Origin: Candidatus Latescibacterota bacterium
GTDB lineage: Bacteria > Latescibacterota > UBA2968 > UBA8231
DNA: 64,000 nucleotides
Reading direction: 5' to 3'
NCBI GenBank assembly: GCA_965206595.1
Contig: OZ242214.1
Location: 2,368,001-2,432,000 of the forward strand
Made by a program: the position numbers and the translations under genes. Position 1 is the stretch's first letter, and each line of letters starts with the position of its first letter. This document shows positions 18,805-28,977 of this stretch, one piece after another. The notes under the pieces are model-generated. The model was not told the DNA's origin and did not search any database. It saw only the letters and a program-made list of their open reading frames with translations.

Positions 18805-21800
18805 ATGGCCACCACGACGGCCCGCCTGACGGCAGCGGTCGAGCACTACCTCACCGACCTGCAGCGGATCCGCGCCTCGGGCAGCGCCACGGGGGAGCGC
18901 TCCAGCTACGGGCCGCTGGCCAACCTGCTCAACGCCGCCGGCGCCGCCCTCAAGCCCAAGGTGTTCTGTGTCGGCGAGCTGGCCGACCAGGGGGCAGGCC
19001 ACCCTGACTTCGGGCTCTATTCGTCGCGGCAGGTGCAGAAGGGGCAGCCGCGGGCCGGGCAGGTGCCGGAGCGAGGCGTGGTCGAGGTGAAGTCCGCGGA
19101 CGACGACGCCTGGCTGACCGCGGAGGGCGACCAGGTCAGCCGCTACTGGAACCGCTATGGACTCGTTCTGGTGACCAATACACGCGACTTCGTCCTGGTG
19201 GGCGAGGACGCGGAGGGACGCCCGGCCAAACTCGAAACCTTGCGGCTGGCTGCAAGCGCCGGGGAATTCGAGCAACGCCTGGAGACGCCACGCACCTTCG
19301 CTCGCGAGGTCGGCGCGGGCCTGGGCGAGTATCTGGGCCGGGCGCTGGCGCACCGTGCGGCCCTGTCCGAGCCGAGAGACCTGGCCTGGCTCCTGGCCTC
19401 GTACGCCCGCGACGGGCTGGCGCGGGTCGGAGCCGCGGGCGACACCCCGCTTCTGAAGACGGTGCGCTCCGCCTTGGAGGAGGCTCTTGGTGTCCGCTTC
19501 GAAGGCGCGCGCGGCGAGGCGTTCTTCCGCTCGACCCTGGTGCAGACCCTGTTCTACGGCCTCTTCTCCGCCTGGGTACTGTGGGCCCGGCAGGCCAGGC
19601 AGACCGAGCGCTTCGACTGGCGCACCGCGGTCTGGCATCTGCGCGCGCCGGTGCTGCGGGCCCTCTTCCACCAGCTCTCGGGCCCTGGCCGCCTGCGGCG
19701 GCTGGATCTGGTGGAGGTGCTGGACTGGACCGCGGCGGCCCTCGACCGGGTGGACCGGCCCGCCTTCTTCTCCCGCTTCAACGAGGGCGAGGCGGTGCCC
19801 TACTTCTACGAGCCCTTCCTCCAAGCCTTCGATCCCGATCTGCGCAAGCAGCTCGGCGTCTGGTACACCCCGGCCGAAGTGGTGCGCTACATGGTCGCCC
19901 GCGTCGACAAGGCGTTGCGCGACGACCTCGGCATCGCCGACGGGCTGGCCGCCGACAACGTCTACGTCCTCGACCCGTGCTGCGGCACCGGGGCTTATCT
20001 GGCCGAAGTGCTCCGCCGCATCGCCGCCAACCTCGAAGGACGCGGCCTCGGCGCCCTCGCCGGCGCGCGGGTGAAGCAGGCGGCCCTGGATCGGGTCTTC
20101 GGCTTCGAGATCATGCCCGCTCCTTTCGTGGTAGCCCATTTGCAGGTGGGCCTCACCATGCAGGACCTGGACGCAACCCTGGACGACGAAACCGAGCGCG
20201 CCCAGGTCTTCCTCACCAACGCCCTCACCGGCTGGGAGCCGAAGAGCGACAAGCCCCTGCCCTTCCCGGAGCTGGAGGAAGAACGGGACCGCGCCGAGCG
20301 GGTGAAGCGGGACACGCCGATTCTCGTGATCCTCGGCAACCCGCCCTACAATGGATTTGCGGGTATGGCAGTGGACGAGGAACGGGAGCTTTCGCAAGCC
20401 TACCGCACGACGAGGCGCGTGCGCCGGCCCGAGGGCCAGGGGCTGAACGATCTCTACGTGCGATTCTTCCGCATGGCGGAACGGCGCATCGCCGAGAGGA
20501 CGGGCCAGGGAGTGGTCTGCTTCATCTCCAACTACTCCTGGCTTGACGGGCTCTCCTTCACCGGCATGCGGGAGCGCTACCTCGAAGCCTTCGACGCGAT
20601 CCGCATCGATTGCCTGAACGGCGACAAGTACAAGACCGGCAAGGTGGCGCCCGACGGTTCGCCGGACCCGAGCATCTTTTCCACCGAAGGCGATCCAGTA
20701 GGTATCCAACTGGGAACAGCGATTACGACGCTGGTACGCAAAGCGGACCATGCCCCGGTCACCGAGATCGGCTTCCGCCATCTGTGGGGACAGGCCAAGC
20801 CCGCGGAACTGACGGCGACCGCGGAGACGGAACCGGACATGCTCTATGACCCCATCGAGCCGGTCTTGCCGCTCGGCTTGCCGTTCGCACAAACGGCAGT
20901 GAGCAAGGATTGGTTCGAGTGCCCGGCACTGCCCGAACTGTTTCCGGTTTCCTTTCCGGGAGTACAAACCAAACGGGACTCGTTCCTGATCGATGTTGAT
21001 CTCGACAGGCTCAAGACGCGGCTTGCCGACTACTTCGATGCGGCTCTGAGCCATGTAGAAATCGCACGACGCTATCCAGCCGCAATGAAGAGTTCATCGG
21101 GATTCGTAGTACGGGGCGCTAGGGCGGTCCGCGATGCACTGCTCGCTCGTGGCGGCCCGATTGATGCAGGGTTCGTCCGACATGCCTATCGGCCGTTCGA
21201 CAATCGCTGGCTCTATTGGGAAGCAGGTCACGGCTTGCTCGGGCGTCCGGTCCCCGACTACCGACCACATGTGTTTGCGGGAAACATGTGGTTGGTTACC
21301 CAGCAGAAGCCACGGCGCGAATGGTCTGCAGCTCAGGCCATCACGAATATGGGTTGCCTTGACCTTATGGACCGTGGCGCGACTTGCATTCCGGCCTATC
21401 TCCTCGAGGACGGCCTCCAAATCAGCGGCCAGGAAATACATTCCCGCCCTAATTTACCAAGTGCAGCACAACGCTATCTCCAACGTCTGGGTGCCAACGT
21501 GGAGGATCTGTTCCATCACGTCCTCGCCACACTTCACGATCCCGCCTACCGTGAGGCCAACGCCGGGGCGCTCCGCATGGAATGGCCGCGCATCCCGCTG
21601 CCGGGCTGGCCGGACGGCGATACCGCCGGCGCTGCTGAGTGGCTCGCTGCATCGGCGGCCAGAGGCCGCGAACTTGCCCGGCTCCTCGACCCCGATACCC
21701 CGGTACCCGGCGTCACCCATGGTGAGTTGCGCCCGGAGACCGCCGCCATCGCCGTCCCCGCAACCACCTCAGGCGGCAACATGACCGGCGACGATTTTTG

Positions 21801-22152
21801 CCTCACCACAGGGTGGGGCCACTTCGGAACAGGAGACGCCGTAATGCCGGGACAAGGCCGCGTCGTCGAGCGCGAGTACACCCCGGAGGAACGCTCCGCA
21901 TTCGGTGATTCAATAACCACACTCGGCCCCGACACGCTGGACGTCTATCTGAACGATCGCGCTTTCTGGCGCAACGTCCCGGTCGCCATCTGGCAGTACA
22001 AACTCGGCGGCTACCAGGTCCTCAAGAAGTGGCTGTCCTACCGGGAACGCGATGTCCTCGGGAGGTCCCTGACACCGGAGGAAGTGCTGTACTTTGCGGA
22101 GACCGCGAGGAGGATAGGGGTGGTGTTGCAGATTACAGTCAAGCCCATCTGA
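18805..22152 (+). CDS. Single-chain restriction-modification enzyme (type IIG / type ISP-like C-terminus): PD-(D/E)xK + N6-adenine MTase + specificity domain
   Basis: HPDFG..VEVK nuclease; GVWYTP, DPCCGTG, GNPPY MTase; YRPFD and W.YKLGGYQVLKKWLSYR LlaBIII-like C-terminus; no helicase motifs seen. Confidence 0.9.
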   Translation: MATTTARLTAAVEHYLTDLQRIRASGSATGERSSYGPLANLLNAAGAALKPKVFCVGELADQGAGHPDFGLYSSRQVQKGQPRAGQVPERGVVEVKSADDDAWLTAEGDQVSRYWNRYGLVLVTNTRDFVLVGEDAEGRPAKLETLRLAASAGEFEQRLETPRTFAREVGAGLGEYLGRALAHRAALSEPRDLAWLLASYARDGLARVGAAGDTPLLKTVRSALEEALGVRFEGARGEAFFRSTLVQTLFYGLFSAWVLWARQARQTERFDWRTAVWHLRAPVLRALFHQLSGPGRLRRLDLVEVLDWTAAALDRVDRPAFFSRFNEGEAVPYFYEPFLQAFDPDLRKQLGVWYTPAEVVRYMVARVDKALRDDLGIADGLAADNVYVLDPCCGTGAYLAEVLRRIAANLEGRGLGALAGARVKQAALDRVFGFEIMPAPFVVAHLQVGLTMQDLDATLDDETERAQVFLTNALTGWEPKSDKPLPFPELEEERDRAERVKRDTPILVILGNPPYNGFAGMAVDEERELSQAYRTTRRVRRPEGQGLNDLYVRFFRMAERRIAERTGQGVVCFISNYSWLDGLSFTGMRERYLEAFDAIRIDCLNGDKYKTGKVAPDGSPDPSIFSTEGDPVGIQLGTAITTLVRKADHAPVTEIGFRHLWGQAKPAELTATAETEPDMLYDPIEPVLPLGLPFAQTAVSKDWFECPALPELFPVSFPGVQTKRDSFLIDVDLDRLKTRLADYFDAALSHVEIARRYPAAMKSSSGFVVRGARAVRDALLARGGPIDAGFVRHAYRPFDNRWLYWEAGHGLLGRPVPDYRPHVFAGNMWLVTQQKPRREWSAAQAITNMGCLDLMDRGATCIPAYLLEDGLQISGQEIHSRPNLPSAAQRYLQRLGANVEDLFHHVLATLHDPAYREANAGALRMEWPRIPLPGWPDGDTAGAAEWLAASAARGRELARLLDPDTPVPGVTHGELRPETAAIAVPATTSGGNMTGDDFCLTTGWGHFGTGDAVMPGQGRVVEREYTPEERSAFGDSITTLGPDTLDVYLNDRAFWRNVPVAIWQYKLGGYQVLKKWLSYRERDVLGRSLTPEEVLYFAETARRIGVVLQITVKPI

Positions 22153-22275
22153 TTTCGGAACTCAGCGCAGGCGCGACCATTCGGGAAACAGTAGGGTACC
22201 AGAAGGTGCAATCAGGTCTGTAGGCCTGATTCGTTTTGAACAGACCCCGCGTCAACCTGAACGAAGGATGAAATC

Positions 22276-22482
22276 ATGAGACAAGCCGTCGTTTTCCCCG
22301 GCGAAGATGGTTGCTGGGTTGCAGAGTGTCCCAGCCTGCCCGGCTGCATCAGTCAGGGAAGAACAAGGCAGCAAGCCATTGCCAACATCAAGGAAGCAAT
22401 TGAAGGATATATCGCGTCTTTCGAGGAAAACGGATTGACCGTTCCTGAAGAACAGTTCGAGGCGATGGTGGTAGCGGTATGA
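22276..22482 (+). CDS. hicB: HicB family antitoxin
   Basis: WVAECPSLPGCISQGRTRQQAIANIKEAIEGY. Confidence 0.9.
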   Translation: MRQAVVFPGEDGCWVAECPSLPGCISQGRTRQQAIANIKEAIEGYIASFEENGLTVPEEQFEAMVVAV

Positions 22483-22541
22483 GTGGTCTGCCGAGGATTT
22501 CGGAGACAACATGCGCCAAAGCGCGCGGCAAGGTTGGATGA
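22479..22541 (+). pseudogene. hicA: Truncated HicA toxin (first 20 aa)
   Basis: MSGLPRISETTCAKARGKVG* overlapping the hicB stop; GSH active-site region absent. Confidence 0.6.
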
Positions 22542-24985
22542 ATTCCCCCTCCCCGACAACGGACTATTCCATTCCTGTGTCCCCCCCACCCCACTTTCGC
22601 TTCCTGGTTCTCCTCCTCGGCTTCGCCTGCGGCGCCGGAGCGCAAGGAGCCCCCAAGCACACCCTCAGCGGCTACGTCGAGGACGCCGCCAGCGGCGAGA
22701 AGCTGATCGGGGCGGTCCTGCACGAGCCCGACCTGCAGCAGGGCACGACGACCAACCGCTTCGGCTTCTTCAGCCTGACCCTGCCGGCCGGTTCGCTCCG
22801 GGTGGTGGTCTCCCACATCGGCTATCGCAGCGACACCCTCGCCACCGACCTCGGCCGCGACCTGCAGCTCAACATCGCCCTCGAGCCGACGCCCCTGGAA
22901 ATGGAGGCGGTGGAGACCAAAGCCGAGCGGCTCGACCCGATCCAGGAGCAGACGCGGATGAGCGTCGTGCAGGTGCCGATCCGGCAGATCGAGAGCGCCC
23001 CCGCCCTCATGGGGGAGGTCGACGTGCTCAAGACCCTGCAGCTGCTGCCCGGGGTGCAGTCGGGGACCGAGGGGATGAGCGGCCTGTACGTGCGCGGCGG
23101 CAGCCCGGACCAGAACCTGATCCTGCTCGACGACGCCCCGGTCTACAACGCCTCCCACCTGTTCGGCTTCTTCTCCGTCTTCAACGCCAACGCCATCAAG
23201 AACGTGCAGCTGACCAAGGCCGGTTTCCCGGCCCGCTACGGCGGCCGCCTCTCGTCGGTGCTGGAGATCGACATGAAGGACGGCAACATGAAGGAGTTCG
23301 AGGCGGAAGGCTCGGTCGGGCTGATCGCCTCCCAGGTGACCCTGCAGGGGCCGCTGAGCAAGGACCGAACCTCCTTCATTATCTCGGGGCGGCGCACCTA
23401 CATCGACATGCTGGTCCGCCCCTTCCTGCCCGGCGACGAGAAGGGGGGCTACCACTTCTACGACCTCAACGCCAAGCTCAACCACATCTTCTCCCCGAGC
23501 AGCCGCGTCTACCTGAGCCTGTACAGCGGCGACGACCGCTTCTGGAGCGATGTCAGCGATGAGTACGGCGCCGGAGACTACCGCGAGGAAGACAGCATCG
23601 AGGCGAACTTCGGCTGGGGGAACGTCACCTCCACCCTGCGCTGGAACTACCTGGTCAGCAACCGGCTCTTCGCCAACCTCACGGCGATCTTCAGCCGCTA
23701 CCAGTTCTCGACCAACGTCGACCAGCGCTCCATTGAGGTCATCGACGGGGAACGGGAGAGCGAGACCCTCAGGCTGCGCTACCTGTCCGGCATCCGCGAC
23801 TGGGGACTGAAGCTCGACCTCGACTACATCCCCGATCCGGCCCATTACATCCGCTTCGGGGGCAGCGGCACCCTGCACACCTATCGCCCCGGCGCGGCGC
23901 AGATCAAGTACAACCCCCTCGACGGCACCCCCGAGGACACGACCCTGACCGCCCGGGTCACCGACGCCCTGGAGTACAGCCTGTACGCCGAGGACGACGT
24001 GCGTCTCACGAGCCGCCTGAAAGCCAACCTCGGTCTGCACACCTCCGGCTTCCTCGTCGACGACGAGCTCTACACCTCCCTGCAGCCCCGGGTTTCGATG
24101 CGCTACCTGCTGACTTCGGACTGGGCTCTGAAAACCTCCTATGCGCAGATGCGCCAGTACATCCACCTGCTCTCCAACAGCTCCGTGGGCCTGCCGACCG
24201 ACCTGTGGCTGCCGGCCACCGGGCGGGTGCGCCCCCAGAGGTCGCGGCAGGTGGGGCTCGGTCTGGCGCGGCAGCTCGAGGAGCAGTACGAGCTCAGCAT
24301 CGAGGGGTACTACAAGACCATGACCGAGCTGATCGAGTACCGGGAAGGGGCGAGCTTTCTCGTCGGCTTCGGCGAGAGCGACGACTGGCAGGACAAGGTG
24401 GAGACCGGGCGGGGCTGGTCGTACGGGGCGGAGTTTTTCCTGCAGAAGAAGCGCGGCCGCACCACCGGCTGGGCGGGCTACACCCTTTCCTGGACGCGGC
24501 GGCGTTTCGAGGAGCTGAACGAAGGGCGCACTTTTCCCTACCGCTACGACCGCCGGCACGACGTCGCCGTCGTCCTCTCCCGGCAGCTGAGGGGGTCGCT
24601 CAGCTTCTCCCTGACCTGGGTGTACGGAACCGGCAATGCCGCCACCCTGCCGGTCGCGCGGTATTTCAGCGACCACGACGGGCTCGGGTCCCTCCGGTTA
24701 CACAGGCTCTCCTACCTGCCGTATGAGACCGTGGTCTACGGAGACCGCAACGGCTACCGCATGGCGGCCTTCCACCACCTCGACTTCTCCTTCAACTTCC
24801 GCCCGGCCGACAGCGACCGGCACGGGTTCAGCCTCGGGGTGTACAACGCCTACAACCGCAAGAACCCGTTTTTCATCTACTTCGAGGACCGCTACAACAG
24901 CACTACCCGCGGCAGACAGTTCCGCGCCAAGCAGGTGAGCCTCTTTCCCCTTCTTCCCTGGATCAACTACCGGTTCAAGTTTTGA
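22538..24985 (+). CDS. TonB-dependent receptor (CarboxypepD_reg-like + plug + barrel)
   Basis: SGYVEDAASGEKLIGA, LQLLPGVQ..YVRGG.PDQNLILLD, GGRLSSV, YNAYNRKN, terminal F. Confidence 0.92.
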   Translation: MNSPSPTTDYSIPVSPPPHFRFLVLLLGFACGAGAQGAPKHTLSGYVEDAASGEKLIGAVLHEPDLQQGTTTNRFGFFSLTLPAGSLRVVVSHIGYRSDTLATDLGRDLQLNIALEPTPLEMEAVETKAERLDPIQEQTRMSVVQVPIRQIESAPALMGEVDVLKTLQLLPGVQSGTEGMSGLYVRGGSPDQNLILLDDAPVYNASHLFGFFSVFNANAIKNVQLTKAGFPARYGGRLSSVLEIDMKDGNMKEFEAEGSVGLIASQVTLQGPLSKDRTSFIISGRRTYIDMLVRPFLPGDEKGGYHFYDLNAKLNHIFSPSSRVYLSLYSGDDRFWSDVSDEYGAGDYREEDSIEANFGWGNVTSTLRWNYLVSNRLFANLTAIFSRYQFSTNVDQRSIEVIDGERESETLRLRYLSGIRDWGLKLDLDYIPDPAHYIRFGGSGTLHTYRPGAAQIKYNPLDGTPEDTTLTARVTDALEYSLYAEDDVRLTSRLKANLGLHTSGFLVDDELYTSLQPRVSMRYLLTSDWALKTSYAQMRQYIHLLSNSSVGLPTDLWLPATGRVRPQRSRQVGLGLARQLEEQYELSIEGYYKTMTELIEYREGASFLVGFGESDDWQDKVETGRGWSYGAEFFLQKKRGRTTGWAGYTLSWTRRRFEELNEGRTFPYRYDRRHDVAVVLSRQLRGSLSFSLTWVYGTGNAATLPVARYFSDHDGLGSLRLHRLSYLPYETVVYGDRNGYRMAAFHHLDFSFNFRPADSDRHGFSLGVYNAYNRKNPFFIYFEDRYNSTTRGRQFRAKQVSLFPLLPWINYRFKF

Positions 24986-25002
24986 ATTCCACGGCCCGCG
25001 CG

Positions 25003-25908
25003 ATGAAAGCCGCCCTGCGCCTCCTTCCGCTCCTGATCGCCCTGTCGGCCTGCACGCAGGTGATCGAGCCCGACCTGCCGGAGCATCCCCCGCGGCTGGT
25101 GGTGCATGCCTTCTTCACCTCCGACGGCGTCTGGACCGCCCATGTCGGCAGCTCTTCCTGGATTCTCCAGCCGGTGCCTGCCCCGGACAGGCGGGCGGTA
25201 GCCGATGCGAAGGTGGAGCTGCTGGCGGGAGACCGGGTCGTCGGCGAGCTGGAGTTCAACGACGCGGCGCAGGTGTACGTTTTTGGAGACAGCACCCTGC
25301 AAGCGGGAGAAACCTACTCCCTGCAGGTATCGGCCCCCGGCTTCGCGCCGATCCGGGCCACCGACGCCGTACCGAGGCCCGTGCAGACCTCCATTCTTTC
25401 GTATCGGACCTCCTCCCGCCCCGGCTCCGAAACCACCCGCGATTACTCGATCAAGCTGGAGATTCAGGATCCCCCCGGCGAGGCGAACTACTACCAGATC
25501 AGCATGTATCGCATTTACACGGGAAGGGGTGCGAGCAGATCCGAAGTGTATCTCTCGACCAAGGACCCCTCGATCATGGCGGACAACAACGTCGACGGGT
25601 CGCCGCTCGAAGGGGGGGGATTCGAAGGGGATGCGCCGTACTTCAGGGACACCCTTTTCGACGGCAAGACCCACGAAATCGAGCTGTCCAGGGACTTGGA
25701 TGGCGACCCGGACCCGTCGGGGACGTATCTCCAGGTTCTGTACATCAGCGAGGCGTATTACGAGTATCTCAAGAGCGCCAGGCTCCACGATTTCACCCGG
25801 GACAACCCGTTTGCCGAGCCGTTGAACGTGTACGGCAACGTCGAGAACGGGTACGGCATCTTCGCCGGGTACAGCTCGCAGACCTTCGAGCTCACCCTCG
25901 AGGAGTGA
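25003..25908 (+). CDS. DUF4249 family lipoprotein
   Basis: Lipobox LSA-C; DPPGEANYY; NVENGYGIF; usual partner of this receptor type. Confidence 0.82.
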   Translation: MKAALRLLPLLIALSACTQVIEPDLPEHPPRLVVHAFFTSDGVWTAHVGSSSWILQPVPAPDRRAVADAKVELLAGDRVVGELEFNDAAQVYVFGDSTLQAGETYSLQVSAPGFAPIRATDAVPRPVQTSILSYRTSSRPGSETTRDYSIKLEIQDPPGEANYYQISMYRIYTGRGASRSEVYLSTKDPSIMADNNVDGSPLEGGGFEGDAPYFRDTLFDGKTHEIELSRDLDGDPDPSGTYLQVLYISEAYYEYLKSARLHDFTRDNPFAEPLNVYGNVENGYGIFAGYSSQTFELTLEE

Positions 25909-25947
25909 AGGCGGCGGCCTGCGGGTTAACCGTTACGGAAGGGAAAG

Positions 25948-26940
25948 ATGAAAGTCGCACTGGCAAGGAAGGAGATTCAGAAAACCCCGGGCTGGGTGCC
26001 GCCCGAGCTCGAGGCGGCCGGTTTCGATCTCGTAGAGCGCGTCTGCTCCGGGCCGCAGGAGGTGGTCGAGATCGCCGCGGACGCCGACATCCTCTGGGAC
26101 ATGGGGGGCGTCAGGGCGATCACCGCGGAGATCCTGCCGGAGCTGCGCCGCTGCGGCGCCATCATCCGCGGCGGCAGCGGCACCGACAACATCCCGGTCG
26201 CCGAGGCGACGGCGCGCGGCATCATCGTCGCCAACACCCCGGACGCCACCGCGGTCCCGGTGGCCGAGCACACCGTCGGCCTGATCCTGTCGATGACGCG
26301 CAGGATCCCGGCGCACGAGGGCGCGGTTCGCCGCGGCGCCTGGGACCCGCTGAACCCCCTTCCGGAGCTGCTTGACGGCAAGACCGTGGGCCTCGTCGGA
26401 TTCGGCCGCATCGCCCGCGCCGTGGCGGCGCGGCTGCAGGCGTTCGGCACCCGGCTGCTGGCCTGCGACCCGCTGGTCGACCCGGCCCTGATGGCGGAGC
26501 ACCGGGTCGAAGGGATGAGCCTGGAGGAGATGCTGCCGGCATCCGACATCGTCTCGGTGCACACCCCCCTGCTGCCGGCCACCCGGCACCTGATCGGCCG
26601 GCGGGAGCTCGGACTGATGAAACCGACCGCGATCCTGATCAACACCTCGCGCGGCGGAGTGGTCGACTCCGAGGCGCTCGCCGAAGCGCTCGAAAACGGG
26701 GGAATTGCCGCCGCGGGCCTGGACGTCCTCGAGCAGGAGCCGCCGCAGGACGACCCGCTGATCGGCCTGCCGAACACGCTGGTCACCCCGCACAGCGCCG
26801 GCTATCACCCGGCGCAGCTGGACCGGTTCTGCCGGCTGGCGGTCGCTTCCATCATCGACATATCGCAGAAGCGGTGGCCGGTCTCGTACGTCAACCCCGG
26901 GGTCGAGCCGCGCTGGGAGATGGAGCCGGAGCCGAGGTGA
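25948..26940 (+). CDS. D-isomer-specific 2-hydroxyacid dehydrogenase (CtBP/SerA-like)
   Basis: GLVGFGRI, HTPL, LINTSRG, GLDVLEQEP, TPHSA. Confidence 0.92.
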   Translation: MKVALARKEIQKTPGWVPPELEAAGFDLVERVCSGPQEVVEIAADADILWDMGGVRAITAEILPELRRCGAIIRGGSGTDNIPVAEATARGIIVANTPDATAVPVAEHTVGLILSMTRRIPAHEGAVRRGAWDPLNPLPELLDGKTVGLVGFGRIARAVAARLQAFGTRLLACDPLVDPALMAEHRVEGMSLEEMLPASDIVSVHTPLLPATRHLIGRRELGLMKPTAILINTSRGGVVDSEALAEALENGGIAAAGLDVLEQEPPQDDPLIGLPNTLVTPHSAGYHPAQLDRFCRLAVASIIDISQKRWPVSYVNPGVEPRWEMEPEPR

Positions 26941-27074
26941 ACCTCGCGCTGTTCCCCGGCGAGCACCGGTTCCTCGACGATTACCGCATCGAGGAGCTCA
27001 CCGCGGCAAGACGGGTGCTCGTGAAGGACAACCCGCCGAGCAAGGTCCGCGAGTCGCCATCCGGCGCCCTCTGA
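26937..27074 (+). pseudogene. Short 5' gene fragment (possibly N-terminus of a beta-propeller hydrolase)
   Basis: GTG overlaps the upstream TGA; MNLALFPGEHRFLDDYRIEEL reads like an FLDD-type N-terminus but ends after 45 aa. Confidence 0.35.
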
Positions 27075-27127
27075 CGAAGCGAGACGGCCACCGCCGCCCT
27101 ATCGGCAGGAGATGGTCTCGGCTCGTT

Positions 27128-28426
27128 TCAGAAGCGGATGGTAAACCGGGTAGGTCCGGACGGCGGGCTCTCGAGGGAGAAGGCGAAACCGTGCCGGCCC
27201 AGGATCTCCTGGACCAGGGTCAGGCCGAGGCCCTGCCGGTTCTCCCTGGTGCTGAAGAACGGGGTGAACAGATTGCCCGCCGCTTCGGGGTCGATTCCCG
27301 GCCCGGTATCCTCGACCACGGCGAAAGGCCGGTCCCCGGTCTGCCCGAGGCGGACCGTTATCCTGCCCTTCTCGCCGATCGCCTCCACCGCATTCTTCAG
27401 GATATTGACGAACACCTGCTCCATCTGGCTCTCGTCCATCGGCACCGGGTCGAGGTCAGCCTGAACATCCCACTCCCACTCGATTCCGAGGCGCTCGCAC
27501 TCGGCCCGCATCAGCAGGGCGATGCCGCGCACAAGGGCCTCCAGGTCGACCGGCTGCGGGCGCGGCGCCGGCAGCTGCACCACCTCGGCGAAGCTGCGCA
27601 TGAAAGCGCTGAGACGGTCGATGCGGCCGCTGGCCACCTGCAGGGCGTTCTCGAAATCGCCGCGGTCGGCTTCCCGCAGCTGACCCTTGTAGTTGAGGCA
27701 GGAGTTGAGGAGGGAATTGACCGCCCCCGTTGAATTGTTGACCTCGTGTGCGAGCAGGCGGATGACCTTCTCGTAGGCCGCCTTCTCGGAGAGGCGCAGC
27801 TCCTCGGTCAGCTCCTCCATCAGGATGAAGGCGCGCGGGAACCCCTTGTCGAGGAACTGCAACTTGCGGCAGCGCACCCGCTGGCCCGACAGGGACAGCA
27901 CCTGCGACTCGCCGACCGACAGCTCCTGCAGGGAGCGGGCGAACGCCGTTCCCAGCTCTTCCAGGCACCGGCCGCGCGCCTCGCTTTCGGCCACCCCCAG
28001 CAGGCGGGCGGCGCTGGGATTGGCCAGGGCGACCTTGCCGTCGAAGTCGAGGGTCAGGATCCCCGACGGCGAGGCCGCCAGGATCTTCTCCAGGAAGAAA
28101 TGCTGTTCCTGCAGCCGCGTGCGCTCTTCCCGCAGCTGGTCGATCATGCGGTTGTACACGCCCACCAGCCCGTCCATCTCCGGCTGGCCCACCTCGATGA
28201 ACTTGCTGGTGAAGTCGCGCTCGCCGATGAGCTCGGCGCCGGTGTGGATCAGGTCGAACGGCACCCGGAACCGCCGGATCAGGCGCGCGCCAACCAGGAG
28301 GGACGCCAGGAGGAGCAGGTCGAACCCCAGCAGGTACTGCCAACCTTCTATCAACAGATGTCCGGCCACCGCGCATACAAGGTGAATGCAGACGAGGTAG
28401 CCGACGAGCTTGAAGCGCAGACTCAA
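27128..28426 (-). CDS. Sensor histidine kinase (2 TM, PAS, HisKA, HATPase; NtrY-like)
   Basis: LAHEVNN, NILKNAVEA, EDTGPG, LFTPFFST, GLGL; TTG start at 28426. Confidence 0.9.
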   Translation of the reverse strand: MSLRFKLVGYLVCIHLVCAVAGHLLIEGWQYLLGFDLLLLASLLVGARLIRRFRVPFDLIHTGAELIGERDFTSKFIEVGQPEMDGLVGVYNRMIDQLREERTRLQEQHFFLEKILAASPSGILTLDFDGKVALANPSAARLLGVAESEARGRCLEELGTAFARSLQELSVGESQVLSLSGQRVRCRKLQFLDKGFPRAFILMEELTEELRLSEKAAYEKVIRLLAHEVNNSTGAVNSLLNSCLNYKGQLREADRGDFENALQVASGRIDRLSAFMRSFAEVVQLPAPRPQPVDLEALVRGIALLMRAECERLGIEWEWDVQADLDPVPMDESQMEQVFVNILKNAVEAIGEKGRITVRLGQTGDRPFAVVEDTGPGIDPEAAGNLFTPFFSTRENRQGLGLTLVQEILGRHGFAFSLESPPSGPTRFTIRF

Positions 28427-28506
28427 GGGGTGAGCCCATGTTTCTCGAAGCGGCGGTAGAGCGCCGCCCGGCTCAGGCCCAGGGCCTGGGCAACCCTGCT
28501 GATGTT
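28406..28506. repeat. Direct repeat copy A (regulator 3' end + kinase start)
   Basis: Matches 31703-31803; the 91-bp core 28416-28506 has 3 mismatches. Confidence 0.92.
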
Positions 28507-28557
28507 GGAGGGCTCGAAAAAAGAGAGACAGGCGCTTCGGGGAGCCAATTACGAATT

Positions 28558-28977
28558 TTAAATTTTGTCTTTGTTGAGCAGGACCAGGACAAAGGGATTG
28601 GCAATTGTAGTTTTCCCGAAACGCTTTAGAAGTTGAGCCTCGTTGCGTTTGTCGAGATCCTCCCTTTGGATCACGCGCTGGACAGCCGGTTGACTTAGGC
28701 CAGGTATGCGAACAGCGAAAAACGGCCACAATGCTTCAGATTCGTAGTGCTTGTCGAGATCCGGAAAGTCGGTGAGCGGAGGAACACCCTTCTGACTTCG
28801 GAAGTCATCGGTGTATTCGAAATGCCACTTCCCGTCCTGGAGTGATAGAAGCCCAACTTCCAGATCGCGGTATTGCAACCGGAAGTCGGCGGTCTCCTGT
28901 TCCGGAGTCAGAAGCTGCTCGCGGCCGTCTTGCCGCGACAGAATCTTCTTCAGGGTAGAAATAGAGATCATGGGCAT
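28558..28977 (-). CDS. HipA N-terminal-like (Couple_hipA/HipS-like) protein
   Basis: VGLLS..DGKWHFEYT, LWPFFAVRIP, LLKRFG. Confidence 0.75.
   Translation of the reverse strand: MPMISISTLKKILSRQDGREQLLTPEQETADFRLQYRDLEVGLLSLQDGKWHFEYTDDFRSQKGVPPLTDFPDLDKHYESEALWPFFAVRIPGLSQPAVQRVIQREDLDKRNEAQLLKRFGKTTIANPFVLVLLNKDKI

Noticed and set aside
28427-28729. N-terminal extension of the histidine kinase
   Set aside because: Runs through the repeat and the Couple_hipA gene; kinase-like sequence starts at 28426.
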